Assembly: GCA_965261005.1 (NCBI GenBank)
Contig: OZ253375.1
Coordinates: forward strand, 2,592,001-2,656,000
DNA from: Deinococcus sp.
GTDB taxonomy: Bacteria > Deinococcota > Deinococci > Deinococcales > Deinococcaceae
DNA: 64,000 nucleotides
Reading direction: 5' to 3'
Shown: in pieces, positions 23,846-33,951 of the stretch
Numbering within the stretch: position 1 is the first letter of the stretch
Layout: every line of letters begins with the position of its first letter
Position numbers and translations under genes: made by a program
The notes under the pieces: model-generated
Database searches by the model: none
Seen by the model: the letters and a program-made list of their open reading frames with translations, nothing else
Told to the model about the DNA's origin: nothing

Positions 23846-24258
23846 TGTAACACCCCGTTCTCTTGATCGGTAATCGCTTTATACAAATCCTCGGCTTCAA
23901 GCTGATTCCTAAGTTCGTATCTGCTGGTCTCTCTCCATTGAGCAACTACTGCCCAATTGACCGCAAAATCTTCATTAGCAATTCTCTCCTCGTCGAGTTC
24001 TGGGCGAAGACCAGCAAGACCTATTAGCTGCGTAAAATCGTGTGTGTAACTGTCTAACGCACGTTTCCTATCAGGAAAGTCATACTCTCGCGTTTGTTTA
24101 GCTATGGAAGCTTTCAGAGCACACTCTATAGCATACCCGGCAATATAATATGCTCCTGAATAGCGTTCCGTTCTCACCAACTGCTCTGCGTCTAATATTC
24201 GCTCTTGAGAAAGATTTTGGAGGGCACTTCTATTGAGAGATGTAAACGGTCCTGTCAT
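23824..24258 (-). CDS. HEPN-domain protein
   Basis: DAE.L....RYSGAYY.AGYAIECALKA..., THDF, W...SRY. Confidence 0.78.
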   Translation of the reverse strand: MTGPFTSLNRSALQNLSQERILDAEQLVRTERYSGAYYIAGYAIECALKASIAKQTREYDFPDRKRALDSYTHDFTQLIGLAGLRPELDEERIANEDFAVNWAVVAQWRETSRYELRNQLEAEDLYKAITDQENGVLQWLQKRW

Positions 24259-24279
24259 GGTGTAACTTGAATTGTATCA

Positions 24280-25842
<1,563 letters not shown>

Positions 25843-25899
25843 GTGGGGTCAGTCTAGTGCGCGGGCCTCATATCGCCCCTCTATGCTGAAAAGACTCCG

Positions 25900-26490
25900 A
25901 TGCGAACCTTGACTTTCTTGGTGGCGCTGACCATCGGCGGTGTCGCCGGCGCGCAAACCACCCACGACCACATGACCATGCCCGGCATGTCAGGTATGTC
26001 GAGCATGTCCCCGCTCGACCTGGCCCACTTCGGCGACCTGGAGACCCTGAGCGGCCCGACCTTCGAGCGCGCCTACCTGTCCATGATGATCGAACACCAC
26101 CGGTTGGCCCTCGACATGACGCGCGCCGCCTTGCCGCGTCTAAAGGATCCCCAAGTGAAGAAATGGGCCGAGCAAGTCCTGCTGGCCCAGGGCAGCGAGA
26201 TCACCGAGATGACCGCCCAGCTGCGCGACTTCAACCTGGGCAGCTTGGACAAGGGGCGGCAGGCGACCATGCGCGCGGCGATGGGCGGCATGCTGGAGGC
26301 CATGAACACGCCCAACCCCGACGAGGCCTGGGTCACGAACATGCTGGCCCACCACGCGATGGGCGTGACGATGGCGACCCTCGCCATCTTGCGAGCGGAC
26401 GACGACCGCGTGCGCCAGGAGGCCGCCGGCATCGCGCGGGCGCAGGCCCAACAGATGTACGAGTACCGCCGCTGGACACCGGGAAGCTGA
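25900..26490 (+). CDS. DUF305 domain protein (secreted, Met/His-rich)
   Basis: Signal peptide; MMIEHH..A..M and MLAHH.MG..MA repeats. Confidence 0.85.
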   Translation: MRTLTFLVALTIGGVAGAQTTHDHMTMPGMSGMSSMSPLDLAHFGDLETLSGPTFERAYLSMMIEHHRLALDMTRAALPRLKDPQVKKWAEQVLLAQGSEITEMTAQLRDFNLGSLDKGRQATMRAAMGGMLEAMNTPNPDEAWVTNMLAHHAMGVTMATLAILRADDDRVRQEAAGIARAQAQQMYEYRRWTPGS

Positions 26491-26516
26491 CGCCGTGTTG
26501 GTCGGGATACAGCGGC

Positions 26517-26753
26517 TGAGCTGCCCCGTTACCGAGAGTGAGACGGGGCCATTTTCAAGAGGCCACCGTCAGCACGTCCGCCCAAACTTAAACCGCGAGG
26601 CGTCCGGCGTTGAAGACCTGGTCTTGCTCGGGTTGCTTGGAGGGCGAGTTCAGGCCGATTCAGATTGGCGACGGAATGACAGCCTGCGGGCAACACACCG
26701 CCGAATTCAAGCAGGAAGCCGTGCGGCTGATCCGGACCACGGGCAACGGGTAA
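26517..26753 (+). mobile_element. Degraded IS3-family remnant (left end plus OrfA fragment)
   Basis: TGAGCTGCCCC... end-like sequence; 26676-26753 encodes MTACGQHTAEFKQEAVRLIRTTGNG*, resembling an IS3 OrfA N-terminus. Confidence 0.5.
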
Positions 26754-26844
26754 ACAAGGGACCGTGGAAGAGGTCGAACTTCCCGGCCGCTCAATCTAAG
26801 TGGCCGTCGTTGCACGACGGCCACTTGCCGCGGCGTGAGGCCAC

Positions 26845-27285
26845 TTAAGGAAGCGGGCTTTCGCCTGTGGCTTCCGCGCCCCCGAGGCGCCGCAACAGGT
26901 CCAGCAGCAGCGGGCGTTCCGCCCCCGATAGGGGCGCGAACGAGGCCGCGAACACCTCGTTGGCGACCGCTTGGCCCGCCCGCAGAATTCGCTCACCGGC
27001 GGGCGTCAGGTGATGCTCGATGCGCCGCCCCCGGCCCGGCCTGCGCTCGATCAAACCCTGGGCGACCAGACGGCCCGCGAGGGTGCCGAAGGCCTGATCC
27101 GTCTGAAAGGTCAACCCGGCCAGCGCGGCCAGCGCGTGGGCCGAGGCGCCGGGCAGGCCGCTGATGGCCCGCAGGGCGTCCCACTGGGCCAGCGTCGTGC
27201 CCACCTCGGCCAGCCCAGCGTCGAGCGCCCGGTGCTGGCGGTACTGCGCTCGCTTCACGGCCCGTCCCAACGTCTGCAACTCCAC
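26845..27285 (-). CDS. MarR-family regulator
   Basis: TLAQWDALRAI, RLVAQGLIERR, LTPAGE. Confidence 0.85.
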   Translation of the reverse strand: MELQTLGRAVKRAQYRQHRALDAGLAEVGTTLAQWDALRAISGLPGASAHALAALAGLTFQTDQAFGTLAGRLVAQGLIERRPGRGRRIEHHLTPAGERILRAGQAVANEVFAASFAPLSGAERPLLLDLLRRLGGAEATGESPLP

Positions 27286-27421
27286 GACCTCATGCTGGCA
27301 AAACTGTAAGCTTGCTTATATCAACTTACTGATATAGGCTGTGAGAACGCAGGAGGTTAATAAGACAAGGACCGGCCGCTCGCCCACCGACGCAGGCTCT
27401 CGACCCCGAAAGGAAGCCCCG

Positions 27422-28210
27422 ATGACGAGTTCCATGACCCACCCCGTCGATTTACATTTGAACCTTCAGGTCATGCTCAGCGAGGCGGGCCGTGGGCGGC
27501 CCGCCCTGATTTTGCACGGCGGCGGCGGCCCAGCCACGGTCGCGAGCATCGCGGGACACCTGGCTTCCGACATGCGCACCCTCACCCCGACCCACCCCGG
27601 TTGGAACGGCACGCCCCGCCCCGACTGGCTCTCGGGCGTGAACGACCTGGCCACGCTTTATCTGGCGTACTTGGAGGACCACAACCTGCGCGACGTGTTG
27701 ATCATCGGCTCCTCTATCGGGGGCTGGATCGCCGCCGAGATGGCGGCGCGTGACGGCGCGAACCGGGTCAGCGGCCTGATCCTGGTAGACGCGGTGGGCA
27801 TCGAGGTCGAGGGGCAGCCCATCCGCGACTTCTTCACCTTGGACGCGCGTGGCGTCGCCGAGTACGCTTGGCACGACGCGGCACGCTTCTACGTGGACCC
27901 GGCCACGGTGCCCCCCGAGCGGGCCGAGCAGCAGCGGGCCAACATGGCGACCATGCGGGTCTTCGCGGGCGACCCCTACATGCACGACCCCATGCTGCTC
28001 GGCCGCCTGAAGCGCATTCGGGTGCCGACCCTGGTCGTGTGGGGCGACAGCGACCGCATCGTGACGCCCGCGTACGGCGCCGTTTATGCCGGCGCCATTC
28101 CCGGCGCCCGCTTCGAGGTCGTTCAGGACGCCGGACACCTGCCACACCTGGAGCGGCCGGCGGCCACCTTCGCGCTGATCGACGCCTACCTCAAGGAGCG
28201 CACAACATGA
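27422..28210 (+). CDS. Alpha/beta-fold hydrolase
   Basis: LHGGGG, GSSIGG nucleophile elbow, WGDSD, AGHLPHLE. Confidence 0.9.
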   Translation: MTSSMTHPVDLHLNLQVMLSEAGRGRPALILHGGGGPATVASIAGHLASDMRTLTPTHPGWNGTPRPDWLSGVNDLATLYLAYLEDHNLRDVLIIGSSIGGWIAAEMAARDGANRVSGLILVDAVGIEVEGQPIRDFFTLDARGVAEYAWHDAARFYVDPATVPPERAEQQRANMATMRVFAGDPYMHDPMLLGRLKRIRVPTLVVWGDSDRIVTPAYGAVYAGAIPGARFEVVQDAGHLPHLERPAATFALIDAYLKERTT

Positions 28211-28740
28211 CCGAGACAACGGTCCGGCGGCCCGCCCCCTTCGTCCTGGCCAACGATGACGCGCCCGCGTACTGGAAGGACGGCGCGCTGTGGCTGATCC
28301 TGGCCGCCGCCGACCGGACTCAGGGCGTCTTCACCATGCTCGAACAGCTGATGCCGGGGGGTGGCGGCCCGCCGTCACACGTTCACGAGCGGGTGTACGA
28401 GGTCTTTTACCTGCTCGGCGGTGAGATCACCTTTCAGGTCGGGAACGAGACCATTCGGGCGGGCGCGGGGGCGACGGTCTGGATTCCGCCCGGCACGCCG
28501 CACAGTTTCCGGATCACCTCCGAGACGGCGCGGGCGCTGAACATATACGTGCCGGGCGGCTTCGACGACAACATCAGCTCGCTCGAAACCCCGGCCACGG
28601 CGCGCACCCTGCCGCCCCCGGAAGCGATGAAGCCGCCGACCCCCGAGCAGGAGCAAACCTTTGACGCGCGCCTGCGCGACCTGCATATGCAGACCTGGCT
28701 GCCGCAGCCGCGCCTGCCCTCCGACGACGGTCACACGTGA
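28207..28740 (+). CDS. Cupin-domain protein (quercetinase-like)
   Basis: GPPSHVHE..YE.FY.L.G and P.GTPHSF. Confidence 0.85.
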   Translation: MTETTVRRPAPFVLANDDAPAYWKDGALWLILAAADRTQGVFTMLEQLMPGGGGPPSHVHERVYEVFYLLGGEITFQVGNETIRAGAGATVWIPPGTPHSFRITSETARALNIYVPGGFDDNISSLETPATARTLPPPEAMKPPTPEQEQTFDARLRDLHMQTWLPQPRLPSDDGHT

Positions 28741-29199
28741 ACCGGCCGAGCGATACGGCTTCCGCCGGACGTACCTTGCGCGTTTCCGAGCGGGGGCGCG
28801 CCGCAACGCTGGGGCAGAAGGTGAGCGGGCACTCGAAACGCGCCATCAGATCGGAGGAAAACGGCCGTTGATCACAAACCGGGCCGGTCCATGCCGCTCA
28901 CTTGCGGGCCGACCAGCACGTCTACGCCTTGCTCAACCTGCCGCTCAGGACGCCCTCGCCAAACGGATGGACCGCCTGCGCACGAAGGACGGCGGGGTGA
29001 CCACCACGCCTCAGCGGATTTGGTTTTGAAGTCTTGTCGCGTTCCCCGTAAGGCAGGGATACCGCCCTCGGAATGTCCGCGACCTTGGAGAGTCGGCCAG
29101 CGTCAGCGTCAGACGCCCCACGCTGGTTAAGCTCCGCTACGCTCAATTCACAAAGGCTGCCGGCAAGGTCGTTCGCCGGCAGCCTGGGAAAAGCGGTTC

Positions 29200-31974
29200 T
29201 TACTTCGCTGGCGGTCCCGCCGTCACGACCAGGATGTTGGCCGGGTCGAGCAGTTCCTTTGCCACGGCGTTCACCTGCTCCAGCGTCACGGCGTTCAGCT
29301 TGGCCTGGTAGTCGCGCAGCTCCGTTTGCGGCAAGCCGAGGAGGGCGTTCCCGGTGTAGGCCCCAGCCAGGTTGTCGGGATCGGCGAGGCCGACGGCGTA
29401 GCCGCTCAGCAGCGACTTCTTGGCGGTCTCGACTTCGGCCGGCTTGAGGCCGTTCTCGCGCACGTCGCTTAGCAGGGCCAGGGTGGCCTGGACCGCCTTG
29501 CCCGCGTCGCCGGGAGCGGTTTGCAGGGCGACCAGGAAGGCGCCGGGGTGCAGGCTGGCCTGAAAGGCGCTCGATATCCCGTAGGTCAGGCCGGCGCGGT
29601 CGCGGACCTCGCTGCCCAAGCGGCTCGACAAGGTGTCGCCGCCGACCACCTGGTTGAGAACTTGCGCGGCGTAGAAGCGCGGGTCCTTGCGGCCCAAGGT
29701 GGTGGGGTAGCCCAGGTAGGTGACGCTCTCGGTCTTGCCCGCCAGGTCGCGCGTCACGCGCACAATACCCTTCGGCGCGGGTGCGGGTGGGTAGGTCACG
29801 CTGGGGGCCGTCCCCTCGGCCTTCCAACTGCCCAGCTTCTCGGTCAGCAGGGCCTTGAGGGTTGCCGGGTCGAAGTCGCCCACGAAGCTGAGAATGGTCG
29901 TGTCGGGGCGGTAGTGGGCGTTGTAGAAAGCCTGCAAATCGGCGTCCGTCAGGGCCGCCACGCTCGCTTGGCCGGCAAAGGGATGAAAGGGGCTGCCGGC
30001 GGGGTAGAGGGTCTGCTGGAAGACTTTCTGAGCCACGCTGCCGGGGCTGTCCTCGCTCCCCTTGAGGCCCTGGAGGGTGCGCGCCTGCGACAGCTGGAAC
30101 TCGTCCGCCGGAAAGCTGGCGTTCTTCAGCACGTCGGCCAGCACGTCCACCATGACCGGCAACGCCTGCGCGGTGCTGACGCCGCCGAGGCTCACCTGAT
30201 AGCGGCTGGCGCTGGCGCTCAGGCTCACGCCGTTGTCGTCGAGCAGGTTGCCGATCTGATCTGCGCTGCGCGTTTTCGTGCCGCTCAGCAAGTTGCCGGC
30301 CACCAAGTCGGCCAAACCGGCTTTGACGTCCCCATCGAACTCGCGCCCGGCGATGACGGCGCCGCTGAGGGACACGCTGGGGGTGGCCGCGCTGCGCTGC
30401 AAGAAGATTCGCAGGCCGTTGGGCAGGGTGACTTGCTCGGGCAGGGCCACCTCGGTTTGGCCGGGCGGCGGAAAGGCGGGCAGGTACTGGGCCACCTCGG
30501 CGGGGTCCACCGGGGGACCGGCGTTGAAGCTCTCGGTCGTCTGGCTGGTGTTGGCGGCGGGGGCGGGCGCGCCCTGGGCCGCTTCCGTCGGCTCGAAGTA
30601 GCCGACCGTGCGCTTGTCTTGGGCCAGGTAGGTTTGGGCCACCCGCCTGACGCCCTCGGCGCTGACCTTGTCAATGGCCGCCAGGAACTCGTCGGTGTAG
30701 CGGAAGTCGTTGGCGGTGGTCGCGTCTATGCCGAGCTGCTGGGCTTGGTCCGTGATCGAGCGGCTGCCCAGCAGCGCGTAGGCCCGGATCAGGGTCTTGG
30801 CGCGCTTCAGTTCGCCCGCGCCCACCAGGTTCTGCTGCAACTCGGCGACCGACTTCAGGTAGGCCTGGTCCACCGCCTGCAAGCTCTTGCCGGGGGCGGG
30901 CGTGAAGCTGACGTCGTACCAACCGCCGCCCAGAAACTGGTTGGGCGAGGTGCCGCCCCCCGCCGCGAGGCCGCTCTGAAAGAGCGACTGGTACAGCCGC
31001 GAAGAGCGCCCCGACAGCAGGATGAAGTCCATCACCTTGAGAGGGGCCGTGTCCTGGCTCTTGATGCTCGGCAGCGGGTAGACCGCGTTCAGAATGGGTG
31101 TGGCGCCCGGCTCCCTCAGCACGATGGGGTCCTTGGCCGCCGGGCTGTTCAGGGTCGCTTCCGGCCCTTGCGGGGCCGAACCTTGAGCGCTCAGTGGGGC
31201 CGAGACCGTCACCGGCTGGGTGCCCGGCGCGCCGAGGTTCCCAAAGAGCCGCTGCACGGTCAGCAGCATCTCGGGGGTCTTGAAGTCGCCCACGATCACC
31301 AAGGTCGCGTACTGCGGGGCGTAGTACTGCTGGTAGTAGGCGCGCACCTTGTCGGCGCTGAAACCCTCGATGTCGGCCTTGGTGCCGCCCACCGTCAGGC
31401 CGTAGGGGGAGTTTGGAAAGGCGGCGCGCTGCACCGCGCGGCTGAGGCGGTAGGCCGGGCTGTTCTCGTTGCCCTGAATCTCGGACAGCACCACCTTGCG
31501 CTCGGAGGCCAGCTTTTCCGGGTCAATCTGGGAGGCGCGCATCCGGTCGGCCTCCAGCGTCAGCAGGGCCGTGGCCTTTTCGCGCTGCACCGTGCCGTAG
31601 TAGCCGGTCTGATCGTAGGAGGTAAAGGCGTTGGACTGCGACCCGAGCGCGTTGAACAGCCGCCCGAACTGAATGGGACGGTCCGCCGTGCCCTTGAACA
31701 TCATGTGTTCGAGCTGGTGGGCGATGCCGTTGACGCCGGGGGCCTCGTTGCGCGAGCCGATCTTGTAGTAGACCTGCACGGTCACGACCGGGGCGGCGTG
31801 GACCTCCTTGGTCAGCACCGTGAGGCCGTTGGGCAGCACGGTGCGGCTGACGCTCGCCGTCGTGAGCAGCGGCACGGCCGCCTGAGTGGAGGTTTGGGCG
31901 TGGGCGAGGGTGAGCGTCAAGGGCAGCGCGGCCCAAAGAGCGGTGCGGGGGCCGGCCAGCCAAAGTGTATTCAT
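29200..31974 (-). CDS. M16 (pitrilysin) zinc protease, secreted
   Basis: Signal peptide; inverted HXXEH (AHQLEHMMFKG); duplicated M16 domains. Confidence 0.92.
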   Translation of the reverse strand: MNTLWLAGPRTALWAALPLTLTLAHAQTSTQAAVPLLTTASVSRTVLPNGLTVLTKEVHAAPVVTVQVYYKIGSRNEAPGVNGIAHQLEHMMFKGTADRPIQFGRLFNALGSQSNAFTSYDQTGYYGTVQREKATALLTLEADRMRASQIDPEKLASERKVVLSEIQGNENSPAYRLSRAVQRAAFPNSPYGLTVGGTKADIEGFSADKVRAYYQQYYAPQYATLVIVGDFKTPEMLLTVQRLFGNLGAPGTQPVTVSAPLSAQGSAPQGPEATLNSPAAKDPIVLREPGATPILNAVYPLPSIKSQDTAPLKVMDFILLSGRSSRLYQSLFQSGLAAGGGTSPNQFLGGGWYDVSFTPAPGKSLQAVDQAYLKSVAELQQNLVGAGELKRAKTLIRAYALLGSRSITDQAQQLGIDATTANDFRYTDEFLAAIDKVSAEGVRRVAQTYLAQDKRTVGYFEPTEAAQGAPAPAANTSQTTESFNAGPPVDPAEVAQYLPAFPPPGQTEVALPEQVTLPNGLRIFLQRSAATPSVSLSGAVIAGREFDGDVKAGLADLVAGNLLSGTKTRSADQIGNLLDDNGVSLSASASRYQVSLGGVSTAQALPVMVDVLADVLKNASFPADEFQLSQARTLQGLKGSEDSPGSVAQKVFQQTLYPAGSPFHPFAGQASVAALTDADLQAFYNAHYRPDTTILSFVGDFDPATLKALLTEKLGSWKAEGTAPSVTYPPAPAPKGIVRVTRDLAGKTESVTYLGYPTTLGRKDPRFYAAQVLNQVVGGDTLSSRLGSEVRDRAGLTYGISSAFQASLHPGAFLVALQTAPGDAGKAVQATLALLSDVRENGLKPAEVETAKKSLLSGYAVGLADPDNLAGAYTGNALLGLPQTELRDYQAKLNAVTLEQVNAVAKELLDPANILVVTAGPPAK

Positions 31975-32091
31975 AGCGTTCTCCTTGTCCTCAACTCGGG
32001 GAGCGCCCCTTTGAATCGGCGTGTGTTCACTCTAGCCAAGCGGGAATGAGATGGCTGGAAGCGCCCGCTTTCAGGGCGCCGTCAACTCGCG

Positions 32092-32871
32092 TTAGGGGCG
32101 GGCGTCACCGGGGGTCAGCAGCTTGGGGTCGAGGGTCTTTTCGCGGGCGACGGCGTACAGCAGCAGGCCGTAAGCGACCTTGGACAGCAGATCGGCCAGC
32201 GAGTAGCCCAGCTGAATGCTCACCTCCACCCCGGCGCCGGCGCGCACAAAAAAGGGCAGCGCGTAGATCAGCGGGTGAATGGTCCAGCCGATCAGCAGCA
32301 GCCAGCGCATGTTGCCGAACAGGGCGCGCACGCGCGGCGTCTCAATGCTCAGCCCAGCGGAAAGTTCGCCCCACACCACGTATAGAATGTACAAAAACGG
32401 CACGGTCGAGAGAATGCCCCATACGGCGCGCCCAGCGAGGTCCGCCGACACCTCGCCCACGTAGCCGAGCGCGATCATCAGGGCGGCGGCCCCGCTCAGG
32501 CGGGCCACCAAGCTGGCGCTTTTGCGCGCGCCGATGTCGAGGACCAAGGTGGTGGCTGCCAGCAGCAGCGGCACGGTGCCCAGCCAGTCCGCGTAGCGGT
32601 AGGTGTCGGTGAAGGGCGGGCCGCTCGGCGCGTACAGGCCGCCCCCAAAGCTGTGGGCCGCCGTCCAGGTGCTGAGCAGGCGCCAATAATGGTAGGCCGC
32701 CATCGCGACCGCCGTCGCCATCAAGCTGAGCGACAGCCGGTAGGTTGGCGCGATCTGCGGCCGCAGCAGCACGAACAGCAGCGCCGCGCCGGCCATAAAG
32801 GCCACCGTGAGGCTGAGCACGTTGAACACCAGTTGGTAGCCGTTGACCGACAGGGGCACGAGTTGCAGCAT
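32092..32871 (-). CDS. Microbial rhodopsin, xanthorhodopsin/proteorhodopsin-like
   Basis: Seven hydrophobic segments; YHY in helix B, YRYADWLGTVPLL in helix C, WG..STVPF, DLLSK retinal lysine in helix G. Confidence 0.92.
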   Translation of the reverse strand: MLQLVPLSVNGYQLVFNVLSLTVAFMAGAALLFVLLRPQIAPTYRLSLSLMATAVAMAAYHYWRLLSTWTAAHSFGGGLYAPSGPPFTDTYRYADWLGTVPLLLAATTLVLDIGARKSASLVARLSGAAALMIALGYVGEVSADLAGRAVWGILSTVPFLYILYVVWGELSAGLSIETPRVRALFGNMRWLLLIGWTIHPLIYALPFFVRAGAGVEVSIQLGYSLADLLSKVAYGLLLYAVAREKTLDPKLLTPGDARP

Positions 32872-32878
32872 GAACCCT

Positions 32879-32943
32879 CCAGAAAGACAAGCCAGAAAGA
32901 TAAGAGTGGGGCAGAATTCAAAAAGATAAGCCGGAAAGACAAG
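32879..32943. repeat. 13-bp periodic direct repeats (CCAGAAAGAYAAG x4) in the rhodopsin leader
   Basis: Units at 32879, 32892, 32918 and 32931, with one non-matching 13-bp slot at 32905. Confidence 0.75.
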
Positions 32944-32956
32944 ACAGGAAGGCAGC

Positions 32957-33787
32957 TCAGGAAACGCGCTTCAGAAATGCGCCGGCCTGCTCGGCGCCGG
33001 CCACGCGCCTGACTTGGCCCGCCAAAAATTGGCGCAGTTCCTGAGCGTTCTTGTGGGCGTGGTCGCGGCGCATCAGGTTCACGAAGCGCGCGGCGCGCTC
33101 GTCGAGGTGTTCGGCCATGGCCTCCTCGAAGGCCAGCCATAGCAGGTCGGCGCCGGGGCCGGAATCACCTGTGTCCGGCGGCTCCGGCGCGCCGGGCAGG
33201 CCCTCCAGCTCGTCGCGCGCCTCGCTAAAGGCGACGGTGGGCAGCGCGCGTGGCGTCCAGCGCAGCTGGGTCAGGCGGCAGCCCGAAACGCTGCCGGGCC
33301 AAGCCGGCCCGGACGTCCGCACGCCGGCGCGCAGCCACCACACCAGCAGCGCGTCGCCGGTTTCGAGCGCCACGCTTCCCTCGTAGTTGGCGCGGGTCAG
33401 CTCGGCGATCAAGCGCGGGCGCTCGGCGCCGAGGACGGTGCGCACGCTTTCGGGCCTGCCGTCCACGGCGGCGCAGGCGAGCGCTTGGCTTTCCGCGCCC
33501 AGCTTGACCACGGTCACTTGGCTGTCACCCGATTGGCGCGTCAGCGTGGACGCCGCCTCGGCCGCGCCTAAATCGCCGAACTGGGCATGGACGCAGCGCC
33601 CCCCCTGAAACAGCAGCTGGCCGTCGCCCTGAAGCGACTTGATGTCCAGCAAGCCCGAGAACTGCGCGCTCTGCAATTGCAAGATGAGTTGGAACAGCGA
33701 CCGCTTGGGAAAGACCTTGGCATCGAGGGGCCAGCTGACCAGCAGGGGCAAGACGGTCGCTGCGGCCGAACCGGACGCCCCGTTCAC
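32957..33787 (-). CDS. DUF4388/PATAN-like domain protein
   Basis: L.QL..AQFSG.L.I....GDG.L.F.GG..VHAQFG...A.EA pattern; a second degenerate copy; helical C-terminus. Confidence 0.55.
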   Translation of the reverse strand: MNGASGSAAATVLPLLVSWPLDAKVFPKRSLFQLILQLQSAQFSGLLDIKSLQGDGQLLFQGGRCVHAQFGDLGAAEAASTLTRQSGDSQVTVVKLGAESQALACAAVDGRPESVRTVLGAERPRLIAELTRANYEGSVALETGDALLVWWLRAGVRTSGPAWPGSVSGCRLTQLRWTPRALPTVAFSEARDELEGLPGAPEPPDTGDSGPGADLLWLAFEEAMAEHLDERAARFVNLMRRDHAHKNAQELRQFLAGQVRRVAGAEQAGAFLKRVS

Positions 33788-33951
33788 GCCGGTTTGTCCG
33801 AAAAGGTCAAGGGCGTCTCATATATTTGCTGATACGGTTGCCGCATAGTTTAAGCCCTTCTCACTTTAGTAAGTCTTTCAGGAAGTGCCGCAGCAAATAT
33901 TACATGACATGCCCTTCTCATTCTCCCTTGTCCGCCGGTTAGACTGCTGAG

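Noticed and set aside
28741..29199. Short ORFs between the cupin and the M16 protease
   Set aside because: No recognisable motif, RBS or consistent codon bias
32879..32943. Possible mini-CRISPR
   Set aside because: Units are 13 bp and contiguous with no unique spacers; no cas genes or CRISPR array seen in the window
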